From: an uncultured delta proteobacterium
Lineage (GTDB): Bacteria; Desulfobacterota; WTBG01; CAIYCZ01; CAIRTM01
Reading direction: 5' to 3'
Assembly: GCA_963804955.1 (NCBI GenBank)
Contig: CAWDSQ010000001.1
Location: forward strand, 64,001 to 128,000
Length of the DNA: 64,000 bases
The notes beneath the pieces are model-generated. The model made no database searches, was not told the origin of the DNA, and worked only from the letters and a program-made list of their open reading frames with translations. Made by a program: the position numbers and the translations under genes. How positions within the stretch are numbered: position 1 is the first letter of the stretch; each line of letters opens with the position of its first letter. Of the stretch, positions 20,795 to 33,610 are shown piece by piece.

Positions 20795-21814
20795 TTATTC
20801 TGCTTCCTGAAGAATGCCATGCTCCCTGATGGCCTGCCAGATATTTTCAACGGTTATGCTTTTTATGCATTTTGCCCGGTAGAAAGGAATGGCGCAGGTA
20901 TAGCTGTTGCAGGCACGGCTGCAGGCTGCAGAAGTAATGTTTTTTACCCATGGATACGGAGGCTGCCAGTAGCGGGCTGATGAACCTGTAATGCAGACTG
21001 TTTTTTTGCCCAGAAACGTGGCCAGATGCAAAATGCCTGAATTATGGCAGATGACGCCGCTGCTGGCGCTGATGAGACGGGCCGTATCCCGCACGGGCCA
21101 GGAGATGCATTGTCGTATCCGCGCCTGTGCGGCAGCGGGCAGGCCGGCCGCAATCTGAGCAATGATCGGCTCCTCTGAGGCCACGCCGACGAAACAGACG
21201 CCGCAGGGCGTTTCATCAATAATTCTGTTTGTAAGAAGCGCCCAGTTTTCAGCCGGCCACCTGGTCGTTTCCCAGCGCTGCTTGGCCCCGGCATGCATCA
21301 CAATGAAAGGCTGTTTATCGGGAAACGGATGCACCGCGCTGTCTGCGGGCCAGGGGAGAAAGGATATAAAATCCGTTGCCGCAGTCTGACTGAGCAGCCC
21401 AAGTGCGGCACAGTCGCATAAAACCTGTTCCAGCATAAAGGGGTGAGCCTGCCCGTGCCGCCTGCTCCAGATTTTTTCGGGCTGCAGCAGCCGGGCCAGC
21501 AGTCGTGTCTTTACGTTCGGATACGGCCCAAGATACAGCAGGTCGAAAAAATGCCGCCACTTTTTTATTACGGGCAGCAGGTCGCAGATTTTTCGCGGAA
21601 GCGGCACCACCGTGGTGGGAGCGCAGAATTCCTGAAACAGCCCGGTTGCATGCGATGCCGTCGTGCAGAGATACGTTTCAAGATGTGCATCTGCATGGGC
21701 AGCGGCTAAAAGAGGTCTGATCATCAGCAGATCCCCAAGCCCCCCGCCCCACAGTATGCCGATTTTTTTTGTTTGATCTGCCATGGTGCCTTGCAAGCGT
21801 ACGAACAGTTTCAC
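20795..21814 (-). CDS. Family 9 glycosyltransferase (heptosyltransferase-like)
   Basis: GGLGDLL, HAGA...RWP and NSGILHLA. Confidence 0.85.
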   Translation of the reverse strand: MKLFVRLQGTMADQTKKIGILWGGGLGDLLMIRPLLAAAHADAHLETYLCTTASHATGLFQEFCAPTTVVPLPRKICDLLPVIKKWRHFFDLLYLGPYPNVKTRLLARLLQPEKIWSRRHGQAHPFMLEQVLCDCAALGLLSQTAATDFISFLPWPADSAVHPFPDKQPFIVMHAGAKQRWETTRWPAENWALLTNRIIDETPCGVCFVGVASEEPIIAQIAAGLPAAAQARIRQCISWPVRDTARLISASSGVICHNSGILHLATFLGKKTVCITGSSARYWQPPYPWVKNITSAACSRACNSYTCAIPFYRAKCIKSITVENIWQAIREHGILQEAE

Positions 21815-22587
21815 GACGGGTTTTTATACATCAAAAAACAAATATGGCCTGCAAACTGAATTTTGAGAAAATTGCACGTTTTGCTGTCCAGGCTGCATAG
21901 GCATCCGAGCGCTCGTACCGCAGCGCTCACGGGTGATATTCGTCGCAAAAATCTGCTGATCCGGGGGCTGCCGCCGACCATCTGGCGGAGAATGACGCTC
22001 CAGCAGTCGGGGCCCGGCCTGAGCTCTGCAACATGAAACCCCGCATCGCGTACCACAGTTAGCAGCCCGTAGGGAGTATAGTTAAAAAGACTCAGCGAGT
22101 GATAGGGCTCAAGGTAGGAAACCGAGCCCGCCAGCGCGCCGCCGGGCTTAAGCACGCGAAACACTTCGGCCAGCAGGGCCTCGGGCCTGCGCACATGCTC
22201 AAGAACCTGGTTTGAATAGACCAGGTCAAAAGAGCCGTCATCCCAGGGCAGGTTGACGCCATCAAAAAAAGTAATGGCGCTGCTGTGAGCACCTGCCGCC
22301 CGCAACTCGGGCGATTCTTCAACTTCTGCACCGTGCCAGCTGCACTGCGCATTGATGCTGCAAAAAAAATCACGGGAATGGCCTGCTCCGCAGCCAAGAT
22401 CAAGCACGCGCACGGGGCTTTGCCGGCTTTCAAGCAGGCTTCGTGCATAGTCCGCAGCGGTCCAGGTTCTGTGGTGGTCCGCGGGAATAAACGGCTCGAA
22501 AAGCTGAAAAATTTTGTTTTGCTGAATCCGGTTTTGCAGTTTGCTCATAGCTTTTTGACGCGACCCGTGGTTATGTCTGCGGCTCAT
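21811..22587 (-). CDS. Class I SAM-dependent methyltransferase
   Basis: VLDLGCGAG, QVLEHV and RVLKPGG. Confidence 0.88.
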   Translation of the reverse strand: MSRRHNHGSRQKAMSKLQNRIQQNKIFQLFEPFIPADHHRTWTAADYARSLLESRQSPVRVLDLGCGAGHSRDFFCSINAQCSWHGAEVEESPELRAAGAHSSAITFFDGVNLPWDDGSFDLVYSNQVLEHVRRPEALLAEVFRVLKPGGALAGSVSYLEPYHSLSLFNYTPYGLLTVVRDAGFHVAELRPGPDCWSVILRQMVGGSPRISRFLRRISPVSAAVRALGCLCSLDSKTCNFLKIQFAGHICFLMYKNPS

Positions 22588-22841
22588 AAAAGTGTTTGGC
22601 TGCCGGGGGCTTGGCGCTATGCAGGCTTTAGACGGCTGTTAACCAAAAGCCATCGGGCCTTCCGGCAGGGCCATTATCGGGAAAAGCCCGGGGAGTGTCA
22701 AGCAAAAGCGGGCCGCAGTAAACGATGCCGGCATGGCCGGCAAAAAAGTACCGCTGACATATCGCAAGCGGGGCCAGGCACAGCATCTGTCTGCAGACGA
22801 AGTTTGTCCGGCGGGAATAAACCGCGCTGACCGGCTGACAG

Positions 22842-24826
22842 TTAGTCGAGACTGTCGGATGAGTCCTTTATAAGCTCTTCAATGGCAGGTTGCTCGGTAT
22901 CCGACAGCCTGTTATGGCGCGCCAGATCTTCTGCAACATCCGCCATGCCGATTTCCTGCAGCCTCTTGCGCGTGGGAAGCCCGTTCTGCGAGCAGCCCCG
23001 GTACACATAATACTCATCCAGCATGCCCGGAAGGTCGATGGGGTTTTCTTCTCCGCGCAGGGTTCCCTGTCTCGTGTCATCTTTTCGATCTAATGCCCTG
23101 CAGAGCATTGAAGCAGCGCTCAATCTGATAGGCCCGCTCGGCAGAGGCGAACAGATCATGCGCATTCCGGCCGGTTATGGTCTGGTACATCTCGCGCATT
23201 TCTTTGATCATGATCAGCGGATCGCACCAGACATTGGAATTAATGACGGGCAGGAAACACAGCCCGAGGCAGTCCAGCACCATCTTATAGTTTTCCTGCC
23301 ACCAGACAACTCTGCCTTTTGCCACGGGGCTTGTATGATCGCCGGCTTCGGGCGGCACATCCTTGCCGAACATTTTTTCCAGCATTTCCGTGTGGCCGAT
23401 GATAGAGGCAAAGGGATGGCCCTTCAGATGGTCGCCGCCGCGGGCGGCAACAGATGATGCAAGGCTCATTGGCAGGGCATAGGTGCAGCTGAAGGGAAAC
23501 GACATGCCCTTGGTATGCGATCCGTACGGCACGGCCTCAGGGCCTATTTTTTCCCCCATCTCGCGGGCGCTTTCGGCAAGCAGGTTGCCGAAGCCCTCGC
23601 GCCGCGCCGTCTGCAACGAGCAGCTTTTCAATTGCCGCTGCATCGCCCCAGCCAAGCTGTATCCCGCCGAGTTCCTCAGAGCTTAAAATGCCGCGCTGAA
23701 AGCATTCCATGGCTGTTGCCATATTGTAGCCGAACTGTATGCAGTCCAGGCCCAGCCGGTTGCAGATATCGGCAACATGAAGCATCGTAGCAAAATCAAA
23801 AACGCCGATACAGGGGCCCAGGCTGAGCAGGTGCCCGTATTCGACCTTATCGCCTGTATCGCCCTTGTACGGACCTTCTTTTATTTCCCATTTCTGGCTG
23901 CAGGCAACCGGGCAGCCGTAGCAGGCGGTCTGGCCGGTTTTAAACGTCCCGGTGAACAGGTCAAGATCATAGGCGTCAAGCTGCTCTTTGGTCAGGGGCT
24001 CCTGCTCGTTTTTAACGCGGGTGTGCTCGGCTATCTGGGAGAAGTTCGTAAGCGTGCCGTACTGCCGCTTGAGCGTGGTGCCCGGCCCTTTAAGCCAGAC
24101 GTCGCGATAATATTTTGCAAGCTTCTTTGTTGCCTGTTCGTCGGCTGTCGGCACCGCGCTCAGATGTTCGCCGACCTTGATGATAATGGCCTTCAGATTC
24201 TTGGAGCCCATGACGCAGCCCATGCCGGTACGGCCGTTGGTGCTCGTGCGCCTGGTGCCCGAAAGGATATTGGCGTAGCGCACCAGGTTTTCCCCGGCCG
24301 GACCGATCCTCAGTGTTTCGCAGTCGCCATAGAGTTCATGGAGCTTTGTATCGGTTGCATAGGTATCGAGGCCCCAGACATCACGGGCATCGACTATGCG
24401 GGGTATGTGCCCCGGCTCGATCAGCAGAGCCGAGGGCTTGTCCGCCCTGCCCTGAATAATGATATGGTCATAGCCTGCCTGCTTGAGCCGCACCGGAAAC
24501 CAGCCTCCTGCATTGCTGTCGCCGAAAATGCCGGTAAGCGGGCTTTTTGCCGTTACCGTGAAACGGCTGGCGCAGGGAAACCGCGTGCCCACCAGCGGAC
24601 CGCAGCCGATAATGAGCGGGTTGCCGGGAGCCAGGGCATCGGCACGGGGATCGTCAATCATGAGATCGTAGAGCAGCCGCGCATTGATGCCCGAGCCGCC
24701 TATATAGCCGTCCATATACTTTGCGGATAATTCTTCTTCCCATATCCGCGATGTCGAAAGATCAGCCCGCAGAATTTTTCCTCTCCAGCCGAAAACTTTT
24801 TTATTTTCATCGTGGTGCTGATTCAT
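22842..24826 (-). CDS. Aldehyde:ferredoxin oxidoreductase family (W/Mo-pterin), frameshifted
   Basis: GWRGKILRADLS, KSPLTG, IGPAGEN, GMGCVMGSKNLKA, C-x2-C-x3-C, RGGDH and DCLGLC over ORFs 23537..24826, 23077..23655 and 22842..23165. Confidence 0.9.
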
Positions 24827-24992
24827 CGGTTCCTCCTGCGCTGATCTATAGCGCCGCGTGGTGTTTGATTACGCATATAAGATTACCACATATTTCATGC
24901 GGGTATAAGAAAAAACCGGGGCTCTACTGACGGTGCTGTTTCGCAGGAGATTTCTACCTGTGGCAGGTTGAGAACGATACGGTCAGGCCGAT

Positions 24993-25032
24993 AAAAAAGC
25001 CCTGCACGGATTTTGTCCGTGCAGGGCTTTTT
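24993..25032 (-). terminator. Intrinsic terminator downstream of ppdK
   Basis: AAAAAAGCCCTGCACGGA-TTTTG-TCCGTGCAGGGCTTTTT. Confidence 0.85.
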
Positions 25033-25042
25033 ATTTTTAACA

Positions 25043-25068
25043 GGGCAGACACGCAGGTCTGCCCCTAC
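25043..25068 (-). repeat. GTAG-family REP-like palindrome
   Basis: Reverse complement reads GTAGGGGCAGACCTGCGTGTCTGCCC. Confidence 0.75.
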
Positions 25069-25071
25069 AAA

Positions 25072-27826
25072 TTACTTCTTTTTTGCTTTCGGGGCTGCCT
25101 TTTTCACCGCACCCGCCTTGATGGCGGCCTGGGCCGCGGCAAGGCGCGCGATAGGCACGCGGAAAGGCGAGCAGCTCACATAGTTGAGGCCCACCTTGTT
25201 GCAGAAGGCAACCGATGCGGGCTCGCCGCCCTGCTCGCCGCAGATGCCGACCTTCAGGTCCTTGCGGGTGGAGCGGCCTTTCTCGACGGCCATTTTGATA
25301 AGCTGGCCAACGCCGTCCTGATCGATGGTCTGAAACGGGTCGGCCGGGAGCAGCTTCTTGTCGAGATAGTCGGGCAGGAATCCGCCGATGTCATCGCGGC
25401 TGAAGCCGAAGCTCATCTGCGTGAGGTCATTGGTGCCGAAGGAGAAGAATTCGGACTCAACCGCCAGACGGTCTGCGAGCAGGGCCGCCCGCGGAATTTC
25501 GATCATGGTGCCGACCATGTGCGGTATTTCCTTCACGCCCATTTTTTTGCAGACTTCTGCATGCACGCGGGCGATGATCTGCTTCTGATGCTTGATCTCG
25601 CTTGCATCGCAGGTGACCGGAACCATAATTTCCGGCTTGCACTTCTTTTTAGCCTTATTGAGCTCGGCCGCAGCCTCAAGAATGGCGCGCACCTGCATTT
25701 CGGTAACTTCAGGAAAGGTGACGCCCAGGCGCACGCCGCGGTGGCCCATCATGGGGTTTGACTCGTGGAGTGCTTCGCCGCGCTTGCGCACGTCCTCGAC
25801 CTTGATGCTCGAGTGCTTTTGCAAGCTCTGCCTGCTTGTCGGCGCTCTGGGGCACAAACTCATGCAGGGGCGGATCAAGCAGCCGGATGGTCACGGGCAG
25901 ACCTTCCATGGCGTTCATCGTATTCTTGATATCGCGCTTCACGAAAACGGACAGCTCATTTAAGGCTTTGCGGCGCTCTGCCTCGGTTGAGCTTAAAATC
26001 ATTTTCCGGAGCAGAAACAGGGGCTTCTCCGACCCGACGCCGTAGAACATATGCTCGGTGCGGAACAGGCCGATGCCTTCGGCGCCGAAGGCGCGGGCGA
26101 TTTTGGCATCTGCCGGCGTATCGGCATTGGTGCGCACGCCCAGGGTGCGGTACTTATCGACAATCTGCATGAACTTTTGAAAGCGGGGATTTTCCGAGGC
26201 ATCGATCATGGGCAGCTGGCCCTGATAGGCGACTGCCCAGCGTGCCGTTCAGGGTAATCCAGTCGCCTTCCTTGAAGGTCATGCCCTTGACGGTCATTTT
26301 CTTTGCCGATACCGAGGCATGCACTTCTCCTGCGCCGACAATGCAGCACTTGCCCCAGCCGCGGGCAACAAGGGCCGCATGGCTGGTCATGCCGCCGCGG
26401 GCCGTTAGAACGCCCTGGGCCGCGCGCATGCCTTCAACGTCTTCGGGGTTGGTCTCTTCGCGCACAAGAATCACCTTTTTGCCCTGCTTGTGCATCTTCA
26501 CCGCCTCTTCTGCCGTGAACACGATATGGCCGGTAGCGCCGCCGGGACCTGCGGGAAGGCCGCGGGTAATGACCTTGGCCTTTTTCTCGGCAGCCGGATC
26601 GACAAAGGGGTGCAGCAGCTGGTCAAGATGCGCGGGCTCGACGCGGCCGATGAGCGGTCTTCTCATCAATCAGTTTTTCAGCCAGCATGTCCATGGCCAT
26701 GTTGAGCGCCGCGGTGCCCGTGCGCTTGCCGTCGCGGCACTGCAGCATGTAGAGCCTGCCTTCCTGAATGGTGAACTCGATGTCCTGCATGTCGCTGTAA
26801 TGCTTTTCAAGCCTTGCCCGGAATCCCATGAGCTGCTTGTATATCGCGGGCATGACCTGCTGCAGCGACGGCAGGTGCTTGTTCTGTTCGTTTTTGGTCT
26901 CATTGTTCAGGGGGTTGGGGGTGCGGATGCCGGCCACCACGTCCTCGCCCTGGGCATTCACGAGCCACTCGCCGTAGAACTTGTTTTCGCCCGTTGCCGG
27001 GTTGCGGGTAAATGCAACGCCGGTTGCCGATGAATCGCCCATATTGCCGAACACCATGGACTGGACATTGACCGCCGTGCCCCAGTCATCGGGAATGTTT
27101 TCAATGCGGCGGTAGGAGATGGCGCGCTTGCCGTTCCAGCTTTTGAACACCGCGCCGATGCCGCCCCAGAGCTGCTTCCAGGGATCATCCGGGAAGTCTT
27201 TCTTGAGCACCTGCTTGACTTTTTTCTTGAAAGCTTCCACCAGCTTCTGCAAGATCATCGGCAGTGAGATCGGTGTCCAGCTTATAGCCCTTTTTCTTTT
27301 TATACTCGCCAAGCATTTCATCAAGCTGCTTGCGGATGCCCTTGCCTTCTCCAGGCTCGATGCCTTCGGCCTTTTCCATGACCACATCGGCATACATCAT
27401 GATGAGGCGGCGGTAGGCGTCATACACAAAGCGCGCATTGCCGGTCTTTTTGATCATGCCGGGAATGGTTTTTGAGGACAGGCCGACATTCAGCACCGTT
27501 TCCATCATGCCGGGCATGGAGGAGCGCGCGCCGGAGCGGCAGGAGATGAGCAGCGGGTTTTTCGGATCGCCGAACCCCATGCCCATGTCTCGCTCAACCT
27601 TCTTCAGAGCGGCCTTCACTTCGGCGTCAAGGCTGCCGGCATATTTGCCGCCTGCCTTGAAATAGTCGACACAGCACTCGGTGGTGATGGTGAACCCCGC
27701 GGGCACGGGCAGCCCGATCAGGCACATCTCGGCAAGGTTTGCGCCCTTGCCGCCAAGCAGTTCTTTCATCTGGGCCTTGCCTTCGGCCTTCCCCGAACCG
27801 AAATAATACACATACTTTTTAGCCAT
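25072..27826 (-). CDS. ppdK: Pyruvate, phosphate dikinase (several frameshifts)
   Basis: [56 protein letters not shown] and GICGEQGG. Confidence 0.97.
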
Positions 27827-27854
27827 AATCCTGTTCCTCCTTCAATTTATGCAT

Positions 27855-29935
27855 TCATTCGATTGCTATTTTTGAAAAGTCGGCAAAATTGGTAAACAGC
27901 GAATTTATTTCGCTCAGCAGCGCAAGCCTGTTCTGCCGCACCTTCAAATCCTCGGCCATCACCAGGACATTATCAAAAAAACCGTCAACCGTTTCACGAA
28001 TGGTGGAGATAAGTCTGAGGGCGTCAAGGTACATTTTCTGGGCCATGAGCTCAAGCACCTTGTCGCGGATTTCCAGATATTTCTGGTAGAGCTTGCGCTC
28101 TGCATCATGCTCAAACACCGAGGGGTCGACGCCGGCCTCGGGCCTGCCTGATTTCAGAATATTCACAACCCGCTTGAACGACACGGACAGGGCCTCGAAG
28201 TTGGCATCCGTCTTCATCTGCTGCAGGGCTTCGATGCGGTTGCAGCTGTCGGTCAGATTGTCGATCCCGAGGGAGAGCACCGCATCCACCGCGTCATAGG
28301 AGCGAGCCCTGCGCAGTGAGCTGATTTGAAAGCCTGCCGCTGAAAAAAGCAAGCACGTCATGTATAATATCCTCTTGTGATCGCGTGATCTTTGCCGCAA
28401 GCAACTCCACGGCTGTTGCCACCAGGTCCGCCAGCGAGACAGTATATTTCTTCTGCAAAATGATATTGATGATGCCAAGACACTGCCGCCGCAGGGCATA
28501 GGGATCGGCGGCGCCGGTGGGGATAAGGCCGATGCCGAAACAGCCCGGCGATGGTGTCAAGCTTGTCTGCGATGCTCACCACGGCCCCCACATCGGTTCC
28601 GGGCAGGCCGTCGCCTGCGAACCGCGGCAGGTAATGCTCACATATTGCCTGGTAAATCGGTTCGGGCTCGCCGGCAAGGCGGGCATACTCGCGGCCCATG
28701 ATGCCCTGCAGCTCGGGAAATTCGCCGACCATTTCGCTCACGAGGTCGGCCTTGCACAGATAGGCCGCCCGCTCGACCTTGGGCTTGATCGTGGGGTTCA
28801 TGAGGGCTTCGGCCATATGCACGGCGAGAGCGCCGGAACCGCTCCATCTTTTCATAGGAGGTGCCCAGCTGCTTCTGGTAGAGCACGTTTTTCAAGGATT
28901 CGGTCATTGCCGCAAGCGACTTTTTCTGATCTTCGGCGAAAAAGAACCGGGCATCCGACAGGCGCGCCCGCAGCACCCGCTCATGGCCTTCCACGACCAC
29001 GGCAGGATTTATCACATCGGTATTATTGACGGCGATAAAGTAATTGAGCGGGCTGCCTGCAGCGTCAAGCACGGGAAAATATTTCTGGTGCTTTTTCATG
29101 GTGGTGACAAGCACCTCTTTGGGAAGCTCGAGAAACTCTTTTTCAAAGCTGCAGAGCACGGGAAAAGGCGCCTCGATGAGAAACATTACTTCCTGCAGGA
29201 GCTTGTCATCGGCATCAGGTATGCCGCCCGCCTTTTTTGGCAAGCTCGTGAAGCTTCTCGATGATCATTTTTTTGCGCTGGTTCTGATCGATGACCACCC
29301 GGGCCTTTTTCAGAGCATCCAGATACGAAGCTCTATCCGTGACCCTGACGGGCGCGGGCGCCATGAAACGGTGACCGCGCGTGGTGTCGCCGGAGTCGAT
29401 ATTGCCGTAGGTGAAGGGTACGACTGCGCCATTGAAGAGGGCCACAATCCAGTGAATGGGCCGGGCAAAGCGCGTGTCGAGATCCTTCCAGCGCATGGAT
29501 TTGGGGAAAGGCAGCTGGCTTATCACCTTCACAAAAATTTCAGGCAGCAGGCTCTGGGTCGCCACGCCCTTTTCATGCTTTTTTGCGCAGATATACTCGC
29601 CCTTGTCCGAGCTGACGATGGTCACATCATTGATATCGATGCCCTGGCCTTTGGCAAAACCAATGGCCGACTTGGTGGGCTTGCCGTTCTGCGTCAAAGG
29701 CGATATTTTTTGCAGGCCCGAGCTTTTCTGACACAAGATCCGTCTGCATCAGCGCAACCCTGGAAGCCATGAGCGCAAGGCGCCGGGGCGTGCCGAAGGT
29801 TTCGATTTCCCTGAACGCAATGCGCCGGGCGGCCAGCTCTTTTTCCATGAGCGATTTCAGGGCCGCAAGGGCATCGGGCATAAATGCCGCGGGTATTTCT
29901 TCGGTGCCGATTTCAAGCAGTATTTCTTCGGTCAT
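27855..29935 (-). CDS. glyS: Glycyl-tRNA synthetase beta subunit (frameshifted)
   Basis: [45 protein letters not shown] and RQNRLALL. Confidence 0.96.
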
Positions 29936-30884
29936 ACAGGGATCCTTATATAACAAAAAATAAATTTTTCCCGGTTTTTATGCAGGCCGGCCAGACCAGC
30001 CCTTGTTAAGCTTACTTGTTTGATCAGCGGAAAACCGAGCGCCTCGCGCTGGGCAAGATAGGCCTCGGCCGCAGCGCGCGCCAGATTGCGCACGCGGGCG
30101 ATATAGCCCGTGCGCTCGGTCACGCTGATGGCGCCGCGGGCATCAAGCAAATTGAACACATGGGAGCATTTCAGGCAGTAGTCATAGGCCGGCATCACCA
30201 GGCCCTTTGCTATGGTGTCTTTAAATTCCTGCTCATAGAGATTAAACAGGCGTAAACAGCATCGAGGCATTGGAGGTCTCAAAATTGTATTTGGAGTAGT
30301 CGACTTCGTTCTGGTGAAACACATCGCCATAGGTGACGCCCGGCGCCCACTCGATGTCATAGACGCTGTTCTTCTGCTGCAGGTACATGGCGATGCGCTC
30401 GATGCCGTAGGTGATCTCGGCGCATACGGGCTTTAAGTCGATGCCGCCCGCCTGCTGAAAATAGGTGAACTGGGTTATCTCCATGCCGTCGAGCCACACT
30501 TCCCAGTCCAAGGCCCCAGGCGCCAAGCGTGGGCGATTCCCAGTCGTCTTCCACGAAGCGGATATCATGCTCCAGCGGATTGATGCTCAGGCTCCGGAGG
30601 CTGTCGAGGTAAAGATCCTGAATGTCCATGGGCGAGGGCTTCATGATAACCTGGAACTGGTAGTAATGCTGCAGCCGGTTGGGATTTTCGCCGTAGCGGC
30701 CATCCTTGGGGCGGCGCGAGGGCTGTACATAGGCCACATTCCAAGGCTCGGGCCCGAGGCACCGGAGAAAGGTTGCCTGGTGAAATGTGCCCGCCCCGAC
30801 TTCCATGTCATAGGGCTGCTGCAGCACGCAGTTTTTATTGGCCCAGTAGGTTTGAAGGGCCAGTATCATTTCCTGAAGCGTCAC
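29932..30884 (-). CDS. glyQ: Glycyl-tRNA synthetase alpha subunit (frameshifted)
   Basis: [39 protein letters not shown] and [15 protein letters not shown]. Confidence 0.97.
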
Positions 30885-30914
30885 AAAAAATCCTCCTGCA
30901 ATGCATATATATAC

Positions 30915-31667
30915 TTAAGAAAGCTGCCCCAGTATTTCAAGCGACCGGGGCCGGTGGCCGATGTGAAACTCGAGAAACCTGCCGAAAATACGCCTGCTCT
31001 CATCGTGGGCAATCTGCGAAAAATAAAGCCTCGAGAGCTGTGCGAAATCAAGACCCTGGGCATGCTGAAAAAGCCGGATGGTGCCGTTTGACAGCGGCAG
31101 CAGTTCGGGCACCTGCCCCTGGCAGCGCGGGCAGACGATGCCGCCGCGATGTACGGAAAACTTGTAGCACTCCTGCAGGTTGAACTGCCCCCGGCACAGC
31201 ATGCACTGCTGAAACTGGGGCTGGTACCCGAGGTAGCAAAAGAGCCGCAGCTCAAAAAGCCGCAGCAGCTCTTCGCGAAAACCCTTCCCGATTAAAAGCC
31301 CGGTAAAAAACTGCAGCAGGTCAAAGATCTCGGGATGCGTCTCCTTCTCCGCCGTAAGCGTGTCAACCAGCTCCAGAAGGTAGCTTCCCAGCACAAGTTT
31401 TTTTACATCGGCGGCTATCTCGGGATAGGCCCGCACGATCTGACACCGCTCGAGCCGTACCAGGCCGTGCGAGTCCCTGTCGAAGAACGTCACCTGGTTA
31501 TGCGTAAACGGCTCAAGCGAGCTTCCGAACCGGCGCAGGCTTTTTTTCGCGCCCTTTGCAATACCCCGCAGCTTGCCGAAATCTCTGGAATACAGCGATA
31601 CGATCCTGTCAGATTCAGCATAATCAGTCGTGTGCAGGACAATGGCCTGTGTTGCGTGCTGCGGCAT
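30915..31667 (-). CDS. recO: DNA repair protein RecO
   Basis: YAESDRIV, GKLRGIAKGAKKS and zinc-finger CxxC..CxxC; directly upstream of glyQ. Confidence 0.93.
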   Translation of the reverse strand: MPQHATQAIVLHTTDYAESDRIVSLYSRDFGKLRGIAKGAKKSLRRFGSSLEPFTHNQVTFFDRDSHGLVRLERCQIVRAYPEIAADVKKLVLGSYLLELVDTLTAEKETHPEIFDLLQFFTGLLIGKGFREELLRLFELRLFCYLGYQPQFQQCMLCRGQFNLQECYKFSVHRGGIVCPRCQGQVPELLPLSNGTIRLFQHAQGLDFAQLSRLYFSQIAHDESRRIFGRFLEFHIGHRPRSLEILGQLS

Positions 31668-31877
31668 GAAGATTTTAGAACCGCACAAGGGTTTGCGAAA
31701 TGTAATAAATTTTTATATTCCTTCTTTACACAAAAATCAATAAGATAAATCAAGTACCTGAAAAGGATTGACCTTTTCATGCCAAGCGGATATTATCATG
31801 CTGATAAGAAAGGGCGCGGTTTTAGACCTCTTTTTTCAGCCCGTTTTTTAATACATTTCTAGCATAAGGGAGATACA

Positions 31878-33308
31878 ATGAGCACATCAGGGGTTATGCA
31901 ACTGGACCTCAAACTGAAAAGCAAGGTGAAGGACATGTCTCTTGCCGGCTGGGGCCGCAGGGAGATGCAGCTTGCCGAAAAAGAAATGCCGGGCCTCATG
32001 GCCACCCGCAAAAAATACGGCCAGCAGAAGCCGCTCAAAGGCCTCAAGATCACGGGCAGCCTGCATATGACCATCGAAACAGCCATGCTGATCGAGACCC
32101 TTCATAAGCTCGGAGCTGATATACGCTGGGCCTCCTGCAATATTTTTTCGACGCAGGACTATGCTGCCGCAGCCATTGCCAAAGCAGGCACGGCTGCCGT
32201 TTTTGCCTGGAAAGGCGAATCCCTTGAGGAATACTGGTGGTGCACCGAGATGGCCCTCACCTGGCCCGACGGTTCCGGCCCCGACCTGATCGTCGACGAC
32301 GGCGGCGACGCCACGCTCTATATACACCTCGGGGTCAAGTGCGAAAAGAATCCGGCGCTGCTGAAAAAAAAGCAGGAGCACCGCGAGATGCAGATCATCA
32401 TGGACCGGCTCACTGCCAATTATAAAGAGAACCCCAGGCGCTGGCAGAAGGTGGCGCAGAAAATCCGCGGCGTCTCCGAGGAAACCACCACGGGCGTGCA
32501 CCGGCTTTACAAGATGATGGAAGACAAAGAGCTGCTGTTCCCGGCCATCAATGTGAACGATTCGGTCACCAAGTCCAAGTTCGATAATCTCTACGGCTGC
32601 CGCGAATCGCTTATGGACGGCATCAAGCGCGCAACCGATGTGATGATTGCCGGCAAGACCTGCGTGGTGCTTGGCTACGGCGATGTGGGCAAGGGCTGCT
32701 CGCAGGCGCTCAAGAGCTTCGGCGCCCGCGTGATTGTGACCGAAATCGACCCCATCTGCGCCCTGCAGGCGCTCATGGGCGGCTATGAAGTGCTGCCCAT
32801 GGAAGAGGTGGTGCATTTTGCCGACCTCTTCGTCACCACCACAGGCAATTTCCATGTGGTGACGGGCAAGCATATGGAGAAGATGAAGAACGAGGCCATA
32901 CTGTGCAATATCGGCCATTTCGACAGTGAAATCGACATGGCATACCTTGAGAAGAATGCAAAAAGGTTTCCGGTCAAGCCCATGGTCGATAAGTGGAAGC
33001 TCAAGAGCGGCCGTTCCATCATCGTGCTGGCGGAAGGCCGTTTGGTGAACCTGGGATGTGCCACGGGCCACCCGAGTTTTGTCATGAGCAACAGCTTCAC
33101 CAACCAGGTGCTTGCGCAGCTCGAGCTTGCCACCAACAAAAAGCTTGAGAAAAAGGTCTACACGCTTCCGAAAAAACTCGACGAGGAAGTTGCCCGGCTG
33201 CATCTTGACCGGCTCGGCGCAAAGCTGACCAGGCTCACCAGGCAGCAGGCCGATTATATCGGCGTGCCGATTGAAGGGCCCTACAAGGCGGAGCACTATA
33301 GATATTAA
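31878..33308 (+). CDS. ahcY: Adenosylhomocysteinase
   Basis: [32 protein letters not shown] and GHPSFVMS. Confidence 0.98.
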   Translation: MSTSGVMQLDLKLKSKVKDMSLAGWGRREMQLAEKEMPGLMATRKKYGQQKPLKGLKITGSLHMTIETAMLIETLHKLGADIRWASCNIFSTQDYAAAAIAKAGTAAVFAWKGESLEEYWWCTEMALTWPDGSGPDLIVDDGGDATLYIHLGVKCEKNPALLKKKQEHREMQIIMDRLTANYKENPRRWQKVAQKIRGVSEETTTGVHRLYKMMEDKELLFPAINVNDSVTKSKFDNLYGCRESLMDGIKRATDVMIAGKTCVVLGYGDVGKGCSQALKSFGARVIVTEIDPICALQALMGGYEVLPMEEVVHFADLFVTTTGNFHVVTGKHMEKMKNEAILCNIGHFDSEIDMAYLEKNAKRFPVKPMVDKWKLKSGRSIIVLAEGRLVNLGCATGHPSFVMSNSFTNQVLAQLELATNKKLEKKVYTLPKKLDEEVARLHLDRLGAKLTRLTRQQADYIGVPIEGPYKAEHYRY

Positions 33309-33355
33309 ACTTTAGGATTTTGGCATTAAGAAAATCCGATTATTGCGGACACATG

Positions 33356-33397
33356 AAGCTGTTAAGCTCCGGCATGGTGAGCTTAACAGCTTTTTTA
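33356..33397 (+). terminator. Intrinsic terminator after ahcY
   Basis: AAGCTGTTAAGCTC...GAGCTTAACAGCTTTTTT. Confidence 0.8.
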
Positions 33398-33610
33398 TTG
33401 TTCACTAGCATGGTCACTCTGGAGCAATTGAATTTTGAGATGCCCCATAGCCACAGGATGGAAACCATCCACGGAAATCCTGAAGGGTGCTGCATTTTTC
33501 AGATTCTGCAGTTACTTTGGGGAGCGCAACTTTTTACAAGTCTGCGCTGCTTGTCCGTTGCATGTATTCTTTTTGCTGACAGGGCTCTGTCCGCGCTGCA
33601 GGTATGGTCT

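Noticed and set aside
22842..30884. Selenocysteine readthrough or programmed frameshifting in split genes
   Set aside because: The breaks are frame changes at arbitrary positions, not in-frame TGA at catalytic Cys sites; sequencing indels explain them better.
31790..31877. SAH/SAM riboswitch upstream of ahcY
   Set aside because: The leader is short and lacks recognisable conserved riboswitch motifs.
31887..33296. Long antisense ORFs (e.g. 469 aa opposite ahcY; also 23777..24730, 19902..20780, 61078..61929)
   Set aside because: Shadow ORFs caused by GC-rich codon bias of the real genes on the opposite strand; no recognisable domains.
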